DNA of 64,000 nucleotides from Felis catus. Its lineage: Eukaryota. The translations under genes and the position numbers were made by a program. The notes beneath the pieces were generated by a model that had not been told where the DNA came from, made no database searches, and worked only from the letters and a program-made list of their open reading frames with translations. The stretch spans positions 108,254,001 to 108,318,000 of the forward strand of contig NC_058368.1 in NCBI RefSeq assembly GCF_018350175.1, given 5' to 3'. Each line of letters begins with the position of its first letter. The stretch's first letter is position 1. Shown piece after piece: positions 52,396 through 64,000 of this stretch.

Positions 52396-54106
52396 ATTCC
52401 ATGCTCATGGATTGGAAAAATAACATTGTTTAAAATGTCAATACTATCCAAAGCAATCGACACATTCAATACAGTCCCAATCAAAATTGCACCAGCATTC
52501 TTCTCAAAGCTAGAACAAGCAATCCTAAAATTTGTATGGAACCACAAAAGACCCCGAATAGTCAAAGTAATATTGAAGACGACGACCAAAGCAGGAGGTA
52601 TCACAATCCCAGATTTTAGCCTCTACTACAAAGCTGTAATCATCAAGACAGCATGGTATTGGCACAAAAACAGACACATAGACCAATGGAATAGGACAGA
52701 GACTCCAAAACTGGACCCACAGAAGTATGGCCAACTAATCTTTGACAAAGCAGGAAAAGTATCCAATGGAAAAAAAAGACAGTGTCTTTAACAAATGGTG
52801 CTGGGAGAACTGGACAGCAACATGCAGAAAAATGAAACCAGACCAGTTTCTTACACCATCACAAAAATAAACTCAAAATGGATGAAGGATGAATGGGCGA
52901 CAGGAAACCATCAAAACCCTAGAGGAGAAAGCAGGAAAAAAACCTCTCTGACCTGAGCTGCATCAATTTCTTACTTGACACATCTCCAAAGGCAAGGGAA
53001 TTAAAAGCAAAAATGAACTATTGGGACCTCATGAAGATAAAAAGCTTCGGCACTGCAAAGGAAACAATCAACAAAACTAAAAGGCAACCAACGGAATGGG
53101 AAAAGATATTTGCAAATGACATATCGGACAAAGGGCTAGTTTCCAAAATCTATAAAGAACTCACCAAACTCCACACCCGAAAAACAAATAATCCAGTGAA
53201 GAAATGGGCAGAAACAGGAACAGACAATTCTCTAAGGAAGACATCCAGATGGCCAACAGGCACATGAAAAGATGCTCAACATCACTCCTCATCAGGGAAA
53301 TACAAATCATCAAAATCACACTGAGATATCATCTCACGCCAGTCAGAGTGGCTAAAACGAACAAATCGGGCGACTATAGATGATGGAGAGGATGTGGAGA
53401 AATGGGAACCCTCTTGCATTGTTGGTGGGAATACAAACTGGTGCAGCCGCTCTGGAAAACGGTGTGGACGTCCCTCAAAAAATTAAAAATAGATCTACTC
53501 TGTGACCCAGCAATAGCACTGCTAGGAATTTACCCAAGGGATACGGGAGTGCTGATGCCTAGGGGCACTTGTACCCCAATGTTTATGGCAGCACTTTCAA
53601 CAATAGCCAAATCATGGAAAGAGCCTAAATGTCCATCAACTGAAGAATGGATAAAGAAGTTGTGGTTTATATATACAATGGAATACTACTTGGCAATGAA
53701 AAAGAATGAAATATGGCCTTTTGTAGCAACGTGGATGGAACTGGAGAGTGTGATGCTAAGTGAAAAAAGTTATACAGAGAAAGACAGATACCGTATGTTT
53801 TCTCTCTTATGTGGATCCTGAGAAACTTAACAGAAGACCATGGGGGAGGGGGAGGGGATTAAAAAAAAGTTAAGAGAGGGAGGGAGGCAAACCATAAGAG
53901 ACTCTTAAAAACAGAATAAACTTGAGGGTTGATGGGGGGTGGGAGGGGAAAGTGGGTGATGGGCACTGAGGAGGGAACCTGCTGGGATGAGCACTGGGTG
54001 TTGTATGGAAACCAATTCGGCAATAAATTTCATATTAAATATAAATAAACATTAAAAAATAAAAAAAAATAAAAGACACTATGACTTCATCTAAAAAAAA
54101 AAAAAA
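52395..54106 (+). mobile_element. Same L1 insertion, 3' segment (ORF2 C-terminus, G-rich 3'UTR, poly-A)
   Basis: Plus-strand IPCSWIG…, [48 protein letters not shown]; 3'UTR and A tails at 54052-54106; TSD core TGTAAATGGA at 50186-50195 and 54107-54116. Confidence 0.93.
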
Positions 54107-56847
54107 TGTAAATGGATTGAAATTTTCCCACCAAATGGGTGGAAGAATAAAAAAGCAAGACCCAACTATATGCTGCCTACAAAAGACTCACTTTAGCTTA
54201 AAGGACACACATAAGCTGGAAATCAAACTATGGAAAAGACAGTCCATGCAAGTGGAAACCAAGTGAGAGCAGGGTAGCTATATTTGTATCAGATAAAAAG
54301 GACTTTAAATCTAAAATGGTAACAAGAGACAGGGTCATTGCATAATGATAAAGGGTCAACTCATCAAGAAAACATCAAAGTCATTAATATACATGCACCC
54401 AACATTTCAGCACCTAACTATATTAAGCAAACAGTAACAGACCTGAAGTAGCAACAAGCGGCAATATACTAGTATGGGACTTCAATATCCCACTTGCAGG
54501 AATGGATGAATTACCTAGACAGAAAATCAATAAAGAAATGGGACTTGAACCACACCTTAGGCTGAATGGACCTAACAAATACACACTGGACGGGTCTTTC
54601 ACCATTAGCAGAATATTCACTCTTCTCAAGCATGAACGGAACATTCTCCAGGAGAGATTAGAAACTAAACCTCAAAAGTCTTAGCAAATTTAAGAAGACT
54701 GAAATCATGCTAAGTATTTTTTTCTGCCCATAATGGTCTAAAACTAGGAATTAAGAAGAGGAAAATGTGAAAATCTACCAATGGGTAGAAATTAAACAAC
54801 ATAACCGTGAATGGGTCAAAAAAACCAAAAGGGAAATAAGTATCTCTCAAAAAGGAAAATGGAGACACAACATACCAAAACCACTGGGATGCTGCAAAAA
54901 CGATTTCCAAGACAGAAGTTTAGTGATAACTTTCTATAGTAAGTAAGATCTCCAATAAATTATCTAACTTTTCACATCAAAGAGCTAGAAAAAGAAACTT
55001 AGCCCAAAGTTAGGAAAAGGAAGGGAATAACAAATATCACAGCAGAAATAGAGGCCAAAAAATAAAAATAAAAAAGCAATGAAACGATAAACAAAATTGA
55101 CAAACTCTTAGCAAAACTAAGAAAAAGAACTCAAATAAATAAAATATAGTATCTAATAGCAGGAAGAACTGGTTGGTTCACCTGTGTCACCTCTGCTGGA
55201 AAGGTGGTATGTGCTTTATCTCGTCTGATACACTTAAACATAAAATAGGAGGAACAAAGCAATTAATTTTTCAGGAACTACTGAAAATGTGTAATGTGTA
55301 TAATAAAACACTCTTTAAAACAAAACAAACCTCTTAACCAAATACCCATTTTGGGGCTATTGTCCACCACCTTCTCTTGAATCATTCTTTCCTTGGCTTT
55401 AGTGACACGATCATCACTGTGCTGGTGTATTATTTCTTTTATTCATCCTCTATCTCTTGGTTGGACTCTCTTCTTCACCCCAACATTCAGGATGGTCACT
55501 AGTTATGACTCTTAAGCCATTTACCTTTTATGCTCTCTTGTTACACAGAAATCCTCTTAGTGTCAGTTTTATTCACACTACTCCAAAACTAAGCCTGGCC
55601 CTACACAGTTTCAATTTCTAACCTTCGAAGTACTTATCAATGGCATTTTTGTTCCCTTTAGACTCAGCTGTTAAAAACTGTCAGTATGAAGTGTGATTCC
55701 TGCATTTTACAGATGAAAAACAAAAAACAAAACAAAACAAAACAAAAAATCGTCTTCAATTTTCTACTGACACATTGCTACTACACCACAGAGGCAGGAC
55801 TCTGACACAAGTGCAGCTGATTCTAAAGGTCACTGCTAAACTCTGTTCCATACTCCTCCTAAAAAAAAGAAACAAACAAAAAACACCCCCGCCCCAACCC
55901 AAAACTCCTCCTAAAGCATCTAATTAAAGTGTATCCAGTGGTTAACTTCATAAAGGACTTTTTTATTACCATGACAGATTTATGATTATAAAGATTCTGA
56001 TTCTATCTCATGTGAGGGTAGGAACAAGCCATAATTAAATTCTGGGGGGGGGGGGGTGCGGCGTGGCATACATAGTTGGTATTACGATGTAATTATGCTG
56101 CTTTATGTAAGCACGTGGCCTTATAAATGCACAAAACTGCAACTACCCTCCCTATTTAAAATTACACTTCCTTTGAGAGGAATCCCTCTAATGATCAGCA
56201 CTATACTATAGGGGAGGGTCAGAAGATAAATTATCAATCTCAGCCAAACCTAGTGAGTCAGGGGAAGAAGATTCCCAGCTCATATAACCATCCACACTTT
56301 CTGGGCTTTTATAAACCAAATTTTTGTAATTCTAATTCTAATGCCTACCTTGTTTGGACAACAACACATCCAGTGATACGTGAGGCAGTACCTGATGAAT
56401 GAGCTTACCAAATAGTTGCATTATTACTGTTGTTGTTGTTGTTTCAAAATAGCAATTTTAGATTAGAGTACTGATACCACACTATGATTTTTCAGTGCCA
56501 AATCACAGTGAGGTAGATAATGAAAGATGCACAGTACTGGAGTCTGATGATAAAGACCAACTGTTGGGCATATATCCAAAGAGAGTATGCCAAAGGGAGA
56601 GAAAGGAAGAAAAATGGCAAGGCAATCAACCTTATTCAGCCAAAAAAAAAAAAAAAAAAGTTTAAATGAATGATGGAAGAAACAAAAAGCAAAAAACCAC
56701 TATCACCAGAAGGGAAAACATATTAACTCTAACAATACTTTAAAAACCTGTTAATCAGACTTTTCTTCTCCTAGTCATTTAACACACAAGAAATTAGCTT
56801 CATATCTAATACAACAAAACTATACACAACTATTTGTACAAACTTAC

Positions 56848-57231
56848 CTTATTATTGCAAACATGGAATTGAAGTTCTTACATTCTCTACAATGAAGTGC
56901 AATTTTAATAAAATGCTTAATAATCTTCATTCGTTTGAGCTGATTTGGTTCAGTTAAAATCTCTGAAGCAACCCAGAATGTCTCCTGGTTAACAATGTCC
57001 TCAAACTCTTTCAAGTGAGTATTTCCTGTTTTGGAATCTAACTTAAAAAGGTCATCGATGTATTCAGTAGGCTCAATATTACGAAACAAATCAAAGTCCC
57101 TCATTGATAGCTGAGTGGCCACCTCAATGGTACTGAGCTGCAGCATGGACAGTTGGCTTTCCTTAACTAGTTCTTGGGCATCTTCATCTGAACATAAAGT
57201 TTCTGTTTCCATGTTATTTTTTAAATAATAC
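56848..57231 (-). CDS. RAPGEF6: RAPGEF6 coding exon, start of CDC25 GEF domain (384 nt)
   Basis: Acceptor tttttag|G, donor ATAAG|gtaag; encodes [12 protein letters not shown]…NFNSMFAII; phase 2 at both ends, matching both neighbours. Confidence 0.95.
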
Positions 57232-57384
57232 CTAAAAAAAAAAAATTGTTTTTATAAGTGATTTCACATTTATAAGAGCATCTTCCGTATCTAACTTGTC
57301 AAAATGTCATTATACAGTTAATAATATTTTGTCAAAAATATTAGCAGACTATTCATTTGTAGATGAAATGGAAAATTAACATTT

Positions 57385-57561
57385 TAAGTGTTCATTTATT
57401 TTTGAGAGAAAGATAGAGGGAGACAGAGAATCCCAAACAGGCTATGCGCTGTCAGCACAAGGCCTGAGGCAGGGCTCAAACACATGAACCATGAGATCAT
57501 GACCTGAGCAGAAATGAAGAGTCAGATACTTACTTAACCTACTGAGCTACTCAGGTGCCCC
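57385..57561 (-). mobile_element. Can-SINE
   Basis: TSD gaaaattaacattttaa on both sides. Confidence 0.88.
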
Positions 57562-59049
57562 AGAAAATTAACATTTTAAATGAGAAAAATTTAAAGAGTA
57601 AAAATAATGTTGATAGTGCCGTGAACCTTATCATTTTACGCAACTACTCACAAAATGTGTCAATAATTGTGTATATATTCTTGAGGATGAAAGCTCTATA
57701 AGGCCTATATGAAGGTATCTGATGCATAGCAGGTACTATGTTAAGTATTTGTTCATGGACAGCATGAATAAACACCTGAATCTATTCAGAAGTTGTTCCT
57801 ACGCCTTATTTTCTTCTTCATTTCTGAATTCCCAAGAGGAGCAAAGAAGAGTAAAACCTGTAAAGGAGAGAAACCCTTGCACTAACAATTTCTCCCTTGT
57901 TAAATACAAAACCTCACTCCAGCAAATGGTACTGATCAGCAACCATAAAAAAGACCTTCATTTTCTTCTTTTTACATCAACAATTCTATAGCACTTAAAA
58001 ATTAAGAGACAAGCTTCACAGTTGGGAAATATCTTGCACAAGGCTGTTGCTGGGGACAAAGAGGTAACATGCTGTGTCACACGTCACTTTTACTTTATTC
58101 TTTTCTGGTATACAACTTGATCCAAGCCTAAGTTTGTATCTCATCTATTTTTACAGTCAAGCAACTATACCTCTTTTTCTTCTTTTATACTGTTCACATG
58201 CCTAAAAGAATACTACAAATGTGTTGAGACCCATTACACTAGTTACTTATATCTAACATTTATAGGGTAGGTTAACTCATTAATTCTCTTAACATTCTTA
58301 TGAGGTAGTTTCTATTTATTATCATCCCCATATTTTTGATGAGAAAATTCAGGCAGAGAGAAACTAAATAACACCCTGGTCACACAGCCAGAACTAGAAT
58401 TTACCCAGACTGCTAAGCACCCTGGCTCCAGGGTCTGTGCTCTTTAAGCACTATGTGTAGCTAGCAAAGCAGAGTTAACCCACTCTTTTAACAGCATCCA
58501 TGGCAGGCAATCTCTGTAAGGTTTCTAACGATTTTACTCTACATGTAAATCTAAGGTCACTAAAGAGAACATATTATTCTCAGAGAAAACCACCAGCATA
58601 ACGAACAAATGTACTATAGAAACAATCTTCTGGTTGATCAAATAATTTTCGGAGCTCATTTAAAAATTATGCCTTCTTTTGTCCCACGTAAATTTTAGTC
58701 ACATTAAAAACAAATTTATAATTTAACACATATATTGTCAAATACATATAAAGATATGTATCACTTGGTTTCCTCTGTAAAAAATGGACTGGACTACATC
58801 AGTGGTTCTAAGACTATTTCAGCAGGAGGGCTAAAATAGCTTAGCAAATTGTCCTCTCTCTCCTCTCATTTTCAGGTAGTCTTTATGAGAGCTAACACTC
58901 TGAGATTCCATTTACGTAATTATGGAGACAAGGAAGCTGAAAAAGAGAAATCCTACTTTAATTTTAGAGTGAATTCAGTGGCCTTAAGACGTGATGTTTC
59001 TACTTAAAATGTCTGTTTTTACACATGATCTTCAAAAACACATCTAGAT

Positions 59050-59270
59050 AAAGGGGGATTAAGAGATTTAAAAACTTCCAGTTATGTAATAAATAGCTCA
59101 TGGAGATAAACACACAGCAGAGGAAATATAGCCAATAACAGGCTGACAACATTGTCCGGTGACTACACTCATCGTGGAGAACACTGAACACTGTACACAA
59201 CTGTCAAACATGCTGTACACCTTAAACTAAGAGAACACTGTAGGCTAATTATAGTTCATTAAAAAAAAGA
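59050..59270 (+). mobile_element. Carnivore L1 3' end fragment just downstream of the RA exon donor
   Basis: cttccagttatgtaataaatagctcatggagataaa…tgctgtacaccttaaactaa…tcattaaaaaaaa. Confidence 0.65.
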
Positions 59271-59314
59271 AACACATCTAGAAACAAAATACATTTACTA
59301 ATAAGCACATTCAC

Positions 59315-59555
59315 CTTCCATTGAGCTGAATTCTATCAGCTAATTTGGAGAACTGGTCCGGAAGTCTTCTCTGTTTTATGACACCCTCAGGAGTAACAGA
59401 AACTTCACAGAGAGAATATGTGTCAGAGGCACCAGTCAAACCAAATTCATGAACAGCATGACAAACAACTTCTTTAGCTGTAGTGTCTTTACTGATGATA
59501 ATGTAGCAACTTTGTTGATCTGCTTTGAAAACTCTTATAACTTGATCAGGAATAT
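59315..59555 (-). CDS. RAPGEF6: RAPGEF6 coding exon, Ras-association domain (241 nt)
   Basis: Acceptor tgtag|AT at 59556/59555, donor GGAAG|gtgaat at 59315/59314; encodes (D)[14 protein letters not shown]…RIQLNG(R); 2+237+2 nt. Confidence 0.95.
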
Positions 59556-59837
59556 CTACATGAATACAAAAGTGTGCCTTGTTATTTTCAAGACAATTAA
59601 ACTCTTCAAAAAGCAATTCAGAACAAAAAGCTCCCTCTGACCAGTGATACATACATTTCTATTCTAGGAGGTTAACAGAAATCACTGTTGCATTTATTGA
59701 TAAATGAATGTATCAGCCTTCTCAGGTGATGAAATACTAATACATGTTCACAGAAAAACACATACAAAAAAATAAGCTGTTTTTAATGGAGGCATAGGAC
59801 TCCTTAAGATGTATTTATTTTTTAAAAAATGTTTACT

Positions 59838-60058
59838 GGGCGCCTGGGTGGCTCGGTCGGTTAAGCAGCTGACTTCAGCTCAGGTCACGATCTCGCGGTC
59901 CGTGAGTTCGAGCCCGAGTCGGGCTCTGGGCTGATGGCTCAGAGCCTGGAGCCTGCTTCCGATTCTGTGTCTCCCTCTCTCTCTGCCCCTCCCCCGTTCA
60001 TGCTCTGTCTCTCTCTGTCTCAAAAATAAATAAACGTTAAAAAAAAATTAAAAAAAAA
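59838..60058 (+). mobile_element. Young SINEC_Fc inserted in the tail of an older antisense SINE
   Basis: TSD AAAAAATGTTTACT at 59824-59837 and 60068-60081. Confidence 0.93.
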
Positions 60059-60067
60059 TTCTCTTCT

Positions 60068-60280
60068 AAAAAATGTTTACTTATTTTTGAGAGAGAGAGA
60101 GAGAGAGAGAGTGATCGTGTGCATTTGTGTGAGCAGGAGAAGGGCAGAGAGGTGGGTACAGAGAGTGAATTCCAGGCAGGCTCTGTGCTATCAGTGCAAA
60201 GCTTGATACAGAATGTGAACTTATGAACCGTGAGATCAAGAGTCAGATGCTTTAACCCACTGAGCCACCCAGGCAACCCC
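60068..60280 (-). mobile_element. Older Can-SINE
   Basis: Reverse complement of SINE body, ending …gagccacccaggcaacccc. Confidence 0.88.
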
Positions 60281-60787
60281 ATAATATATATTTTATATTT
60301 TTACATCATACAAACCTTTAATGACAAACATTAGGTTGCATATCTTTTATAATGACATTATGATGAATAATACCCCCCCCCTTCCCTAGTAGATAAACCT
60401 TTGCAGGCCATCTGATTATTTCTTCAAAGAAAATCCAAAAAGGGTGGGGGATGGGGGAGGAGACGAAGAAGAGAGAGAGAGAATTGCTGAATTCAAGGAA
60501 GGACATGCTTATTTTTAAGGTTTTTGAAATATAGTGCCAAAGTGTTCTCCAAAAAGGCTATAATATTTTACCATCCTGGAATATAAAGAGAACAATTTTA
60601 GTTACATCCTTAGTATTCCTTCTTTTTAAAAATACTTTTTGGTATTCTTTATGCTCTTTCTTACTGAATTTATGCCAATACTAGATAACAACGCTCAGTC
60701 TACTATAAAGTGGCACATGTTTTCCTATTTTCATATTTACAGAAAATTTAAAATATTCATGCGGTTAAATCTCAAACTTTGTCATTT

Positions 60788-60983
60788 CTTTTTAATTTTT
60801 TGATTTTTGAAACAAGAAGAAAGAGAGCACAAGTGGGTGAAATGGGTAGGAGGAGAAAGAGAATCTCAAGCAGGAGCCATGCTCAGCGCAGAGCCCAACA
60901 AAGGACTCACTCCCATGACTCTGGGATCATGACCTGAACTGAAATCAACAGACACTCAACCGACTGAGCCACAAAGGCACGCC
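60788..60983 (-). mobile_element. Can-SINE
   Basis: gagaatctcaagcagg…ctgggatcatgacctgaactgaaatcaa…gactgagcca. Confidence 0.85.
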
Positions 60984-61325
60984 TTTACCTTTGTGATTTC
61001 TGCTATCAGCAGATAAATCTTACCTCAAGATAAATGTTCATATGATATGCACAAATAAGTAATGATATTATCCTCCCCATTCTACCTTATTTTAAAAAAT
61101 TCTTCTTGTTACACAGCACTGGCCAAAAACTTCCAGGACAATGTTCAATATGATGACCCCGGGCTACTTTTTAATATAATTCAGTGTAAGTAAAAAGTGA
61201 TTTGACAGCATGAACACATGGTGTATTTTCCCCTAATATTACCGAATATTGATTATAAACATAAATAATCTGAAAATTAATCATTAATATTTCCCAATTT
61301 CCTAAAATTATTGTTACAAAATTGT

Positions 61326-61550
61326 TTAAAATTTTTTTTCCTAATATTCATTTTTGAGAGAGAGAGAGAGAGAGAGAGACAGAGTGTGAGTGGGGGAGAG
61401 GCAGACACAGAGGGAGACACAGAATCTGAAGCAGGCTCCAGGTTCTGAGCTGTGAGCAGAGAGCCCGATGTGGGGCTCAAACTCACAAACTGTGAGATCA
61501 TGATCTGAGCTGAAGTCAGCGCTTAACCAACTGAGCAAACCAGGTACCCC
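61326..61550 (-). mobile_element. SINEC_Fc
   Basis: Reverse complement of the SINE consensus; flanking aaaattgt duplicated. Confidence 0.9.
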
Positions 61551-61574
61551 AAAATTGTCTTTTTTTTTCTTAAT

Positions 61575-61700
61575 AAAAATATATTATTATATTTTTAATA
61601 TAATATTTATATATATTAATATATATAATAACATATATTATATTATATATTATATATAAATATATATATAAATATATTATAATATAATATATATATATTT
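61575..61700. repeat. (TA)-rich low-complexity tract
   Basis: About 125 nt of almost pure A/T. Confidence 0.9.
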
Positions 61701-63434
61701 TTTGGTAATGACTGTAATTGGGTTGAGCGAGTTTGGTGGCTCAAGTAGATATGGTTTCTCTAGCACTATCTTACTGCATTATTAACTCTAAGAGATGAAG
61801 AAAACTTAACAAATTTGTCTTAAGGCCATCTGAAGTATAATTCTGTTTAAAGGGAAGAAAAGAGTAATGAAATAGATGCGGCAGAAAATAATTTCACAGA
61901 ATAAGGTAACATTCTGAGGCTAATGGCACAAAAAGAGACAGATTTCCATGACCGACTGGAAGATTCAACTGAACATATATGAATACAATTCCAGGAAAAA
62001 GGAGTCCTAAATGTTCTGGGTCTACTGCCAAGTTGGAAGCAGAAAGCTTCATATATTCAGTCAAATCTCTTTTATAAGATAGATGCAACAAACTGCCTTT
62101 CTTGATGTATGCAAATATATGAGTCACCAAAAGCCTCTTGTTCATTATTTCTTTGCAATAAGACAATCCTTCAGGTGTTGCTGACATCGGGTTTGTAAAC
62201 CTACAAGGCTTAAGGTTAGAGTGTTTTATGATCCACCCAAATTGAGATGCTTCTCTACCCGTGGCTAGAAAATATTTTCAAGTAGATGGAAACTGCAGTT
62301 TGCTAAGAGAAAGACAGTGAACAAAAGGGTTTCATTATCCCCATTCCTATCCTCTTCACAAAAGTAGGCCTCAGTTGTCTGGGGCTCTAGAATTGGATCA
62401 GCTTACTAGGTCTTTGGAGACTGAGCTTTCAGCCCGCAGGACTGGCTAACCCTGAGGTAAGGGGGAGATGCTCTGATCACTTTAATTTCTCTAGGGAAAT
62501 TTATTCACAAAGAGAGGGTGGGAATTTGCACACATTTCATTTTCTCTTCTTTTGTTTCCAACATATTATTAACATCTTCTGGGAAGGAACTCAGAGTTGT
62601 GTATCTTGCTAAACAGTTAAAAAAAAAAAAAAAGTCATACTCTCTTAAAAGTGATTTGTTTCCCATGTGAAGGCCAAACTGTGACATAATCACATAAAAG
62701 GGATCTGGCATTATGAATGGGTACCTCTAGAATAGAACCATAAAAGGGATTATCCAGAGGGCAGCCCATTACCCAAACCCTGATAAATTTGCCAAGGTAG
62801 TAAATGCCAACCTAGAAAGTTACCTGGAAAAGGATTAGAGGAAGACATTTCTTTGCATTGCTATCATTGTCAGAGTAAACCTATTTTTCTCTTTTAGAGT
62901 TGTTACAGATATAAAATATCCATATTCTTCATCAACATGTTTGCTGTCAGCGGGACATCATAGATGTCAAACCTAATACTTAAACATGGCAGATATTCCA
63001 ATGTTAATGATCAGATGAATGGCAGACATGAGGTCAGAATAAATTTCAATCAAGAAAAATGATCTAATTATTTCAAATTTTAGGCATGAAATTAGAATGC
63101 ATATAAAAATATAACCCCATAAGGAGAAAACACATTTAAAAAGACTCTTGGTGGATGACAGCATTTATTAGTCTTAGGATTCATAATTCATTTAAAAAAA
63201 AAATCTTACATAATAGGTAAATAAATTTAAGAAAAGCAATCTCCAATACCTGGCCTTTCAACCCAAAGGCAAAATTTCTAGAATGCTAACTATAATCTTG
63301 CTGAATAAAATAAAAAAAATAAGATACTTGAGGGAAGCATATATTGACCCTGATGTTACAGTAAAAATGGGAGACCTTTTTAGGTAAGATGATGATAAAA
63401 TAAAACCAAAAGGCTGCCTCTTGATTCTATCTTA

Positions 63435-63475
63435 TGTTTTTAATGTTTACTTATTTATTTTTGACTTAGAGTGAG

Positions 63476-63543
<68 letters not shown>

Positions 63544-63700
63544 TGCACGCAGAGCAGAAAGGGAGACCAAGAATCTGAAGCAGGCTCCAGACTCTGAGCT
63601 ATGTGCAGAGAGTGTGACAAGGGGCTTGAACTCACCAAATGCAAGATCATGACCTGAGCTGCAGCTGGAACCTTAACCGACTGAGCCACCCAGGTGTCCC
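63435..63700 (-). mobile_element. SINEC_Fc with expanded (GA)n at 63482-63540
   Basis: Reverse complement of the SINE consensus with a long perfect dinucleotide run. Confidence 0.9.
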
Positions 63701-64000
63701 ATTTTGATTTTACTTTAAGTTGCTAAATGGTGAATAAATATTTAGGGAGTGCCTGTTATGTGTCAACCGTGTTCCATATGATGAAGATACAATAATAAAT
63801 AAGATGGGACAAAGTCTCTGCTCATACTTGAGAGAATAAGTAGTGGTTCAAGGAAAGAAAATCTATATAGTGAAGAGTTTCACTACGAAAACACAAGATA
63901 GTTGTATAATGGTATAGATCAAGAATTGGCACTTTTATTCTATGAAGGGCAAGGCAGTAAACATTTTAAGTTTTGCTGGACAGGAGGCAAAGTAGATGAT

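Larger units (their letters stand above)
49220..55140 (+). mobile_element. Older degenerate L1 (5'/inter-ORF region and ORF2 start), interrupted by the young L1
   Basis: ORF2 N-terminus …SVIILSVNGL (to 50197) resumes as NVNGL…IKKQDPTICCLQKTHF (from 54105); left end approximate. Confidence 0.8.
16960..64000 (-). other. RAPGEF6: RAPGEF6 (Rap guanine nucleotide exchange factor 6 / PDZ-GEF2) gene, 3' portion; 5' exons lie beyond the right edge
   Basis: Spliced minus-strand exons translate in one frame to RA domain ([13 protein letters not shown]…), CDC25 GEF domain (…[24 protein letters not shown]…[26 protein letters not shown]…) and C-terminus …ENEQVSAV*. Peptides such as [29 protein letters not shown] and KGLIVYCVTSPKK match RAPGEF6 rather than RAPGEF2 from memory. 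Confidence 0.95.

Noticed and set aside
50283..53821. RT/endonuclease-like ORFs as an active retroelement or novel RT system
   Set aside because: Fragmented L1 ORF2 with frameshifts, an altered catalytic motif (FAYDM for FADDM), inversion and 5' truncation; not retrotransposition-competent.
59556..64000. A further upstream RAPGEF6 exon
   Set aside because: I found no minus-strand segment matching the expected preceding peptide with valid splice sites; treated as intron.
1..64000. CRISPR arrays, rRNA or prokaryotic-type systems
   Set aside because: Eukaryotic intron/exon and SINE/LINE landscape; no regularly spaced direct repeats or rRNA-like sequence seen.

Overview
Mammalian, almost certainly felid, genomic DNA, judged by its many tRNA-derived Can-SINEs of the SINEC_Fc type and carnivore L1s. 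The window holds the 3' half of RAPGEF6 (PDZ-GEF2) on the minus strand. I traced 11 exons with GT-AG boundaries in one continuous reading frame, from the Ras-association (RA) domain exon (59315-59555) through the CDC25 GEF domain to the stop codon (…ENEQVSAV*, 20545), followed by a ~3.6 kb 3'UTR ending near AATAAA at 16983-16988. The 5' exons lie beyond the right edge. Alternative-splicing structure visible in the sequence: a 24-nt in-frame microexon (39842-39865); an alternative terminal exon (27964-28445) that also contains an internal GTGAGT donor defining a frame-preserving 66-nt cassette; and a skippable 315-nt exon carrying both PPxY motifs. The intron at 46953-56847 contains a ~3.9 kb young L1 with a twin-priming 5' inversion, a target-site duplication (TSD) and an apparent 18-nt 3' transduction, nested in the ORF2 start of an older L1. 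Positions 1-16900 are intergenic and repeat-rich, with a strong CTCF motif at 12176-12194. Most ORF-track entries are SINE, L1 or chance ORFs. Repeat family names and ends are by eye. I see no wholly new gene system; the most interesting items are the isoform architecture and the retrotransposition signatures.
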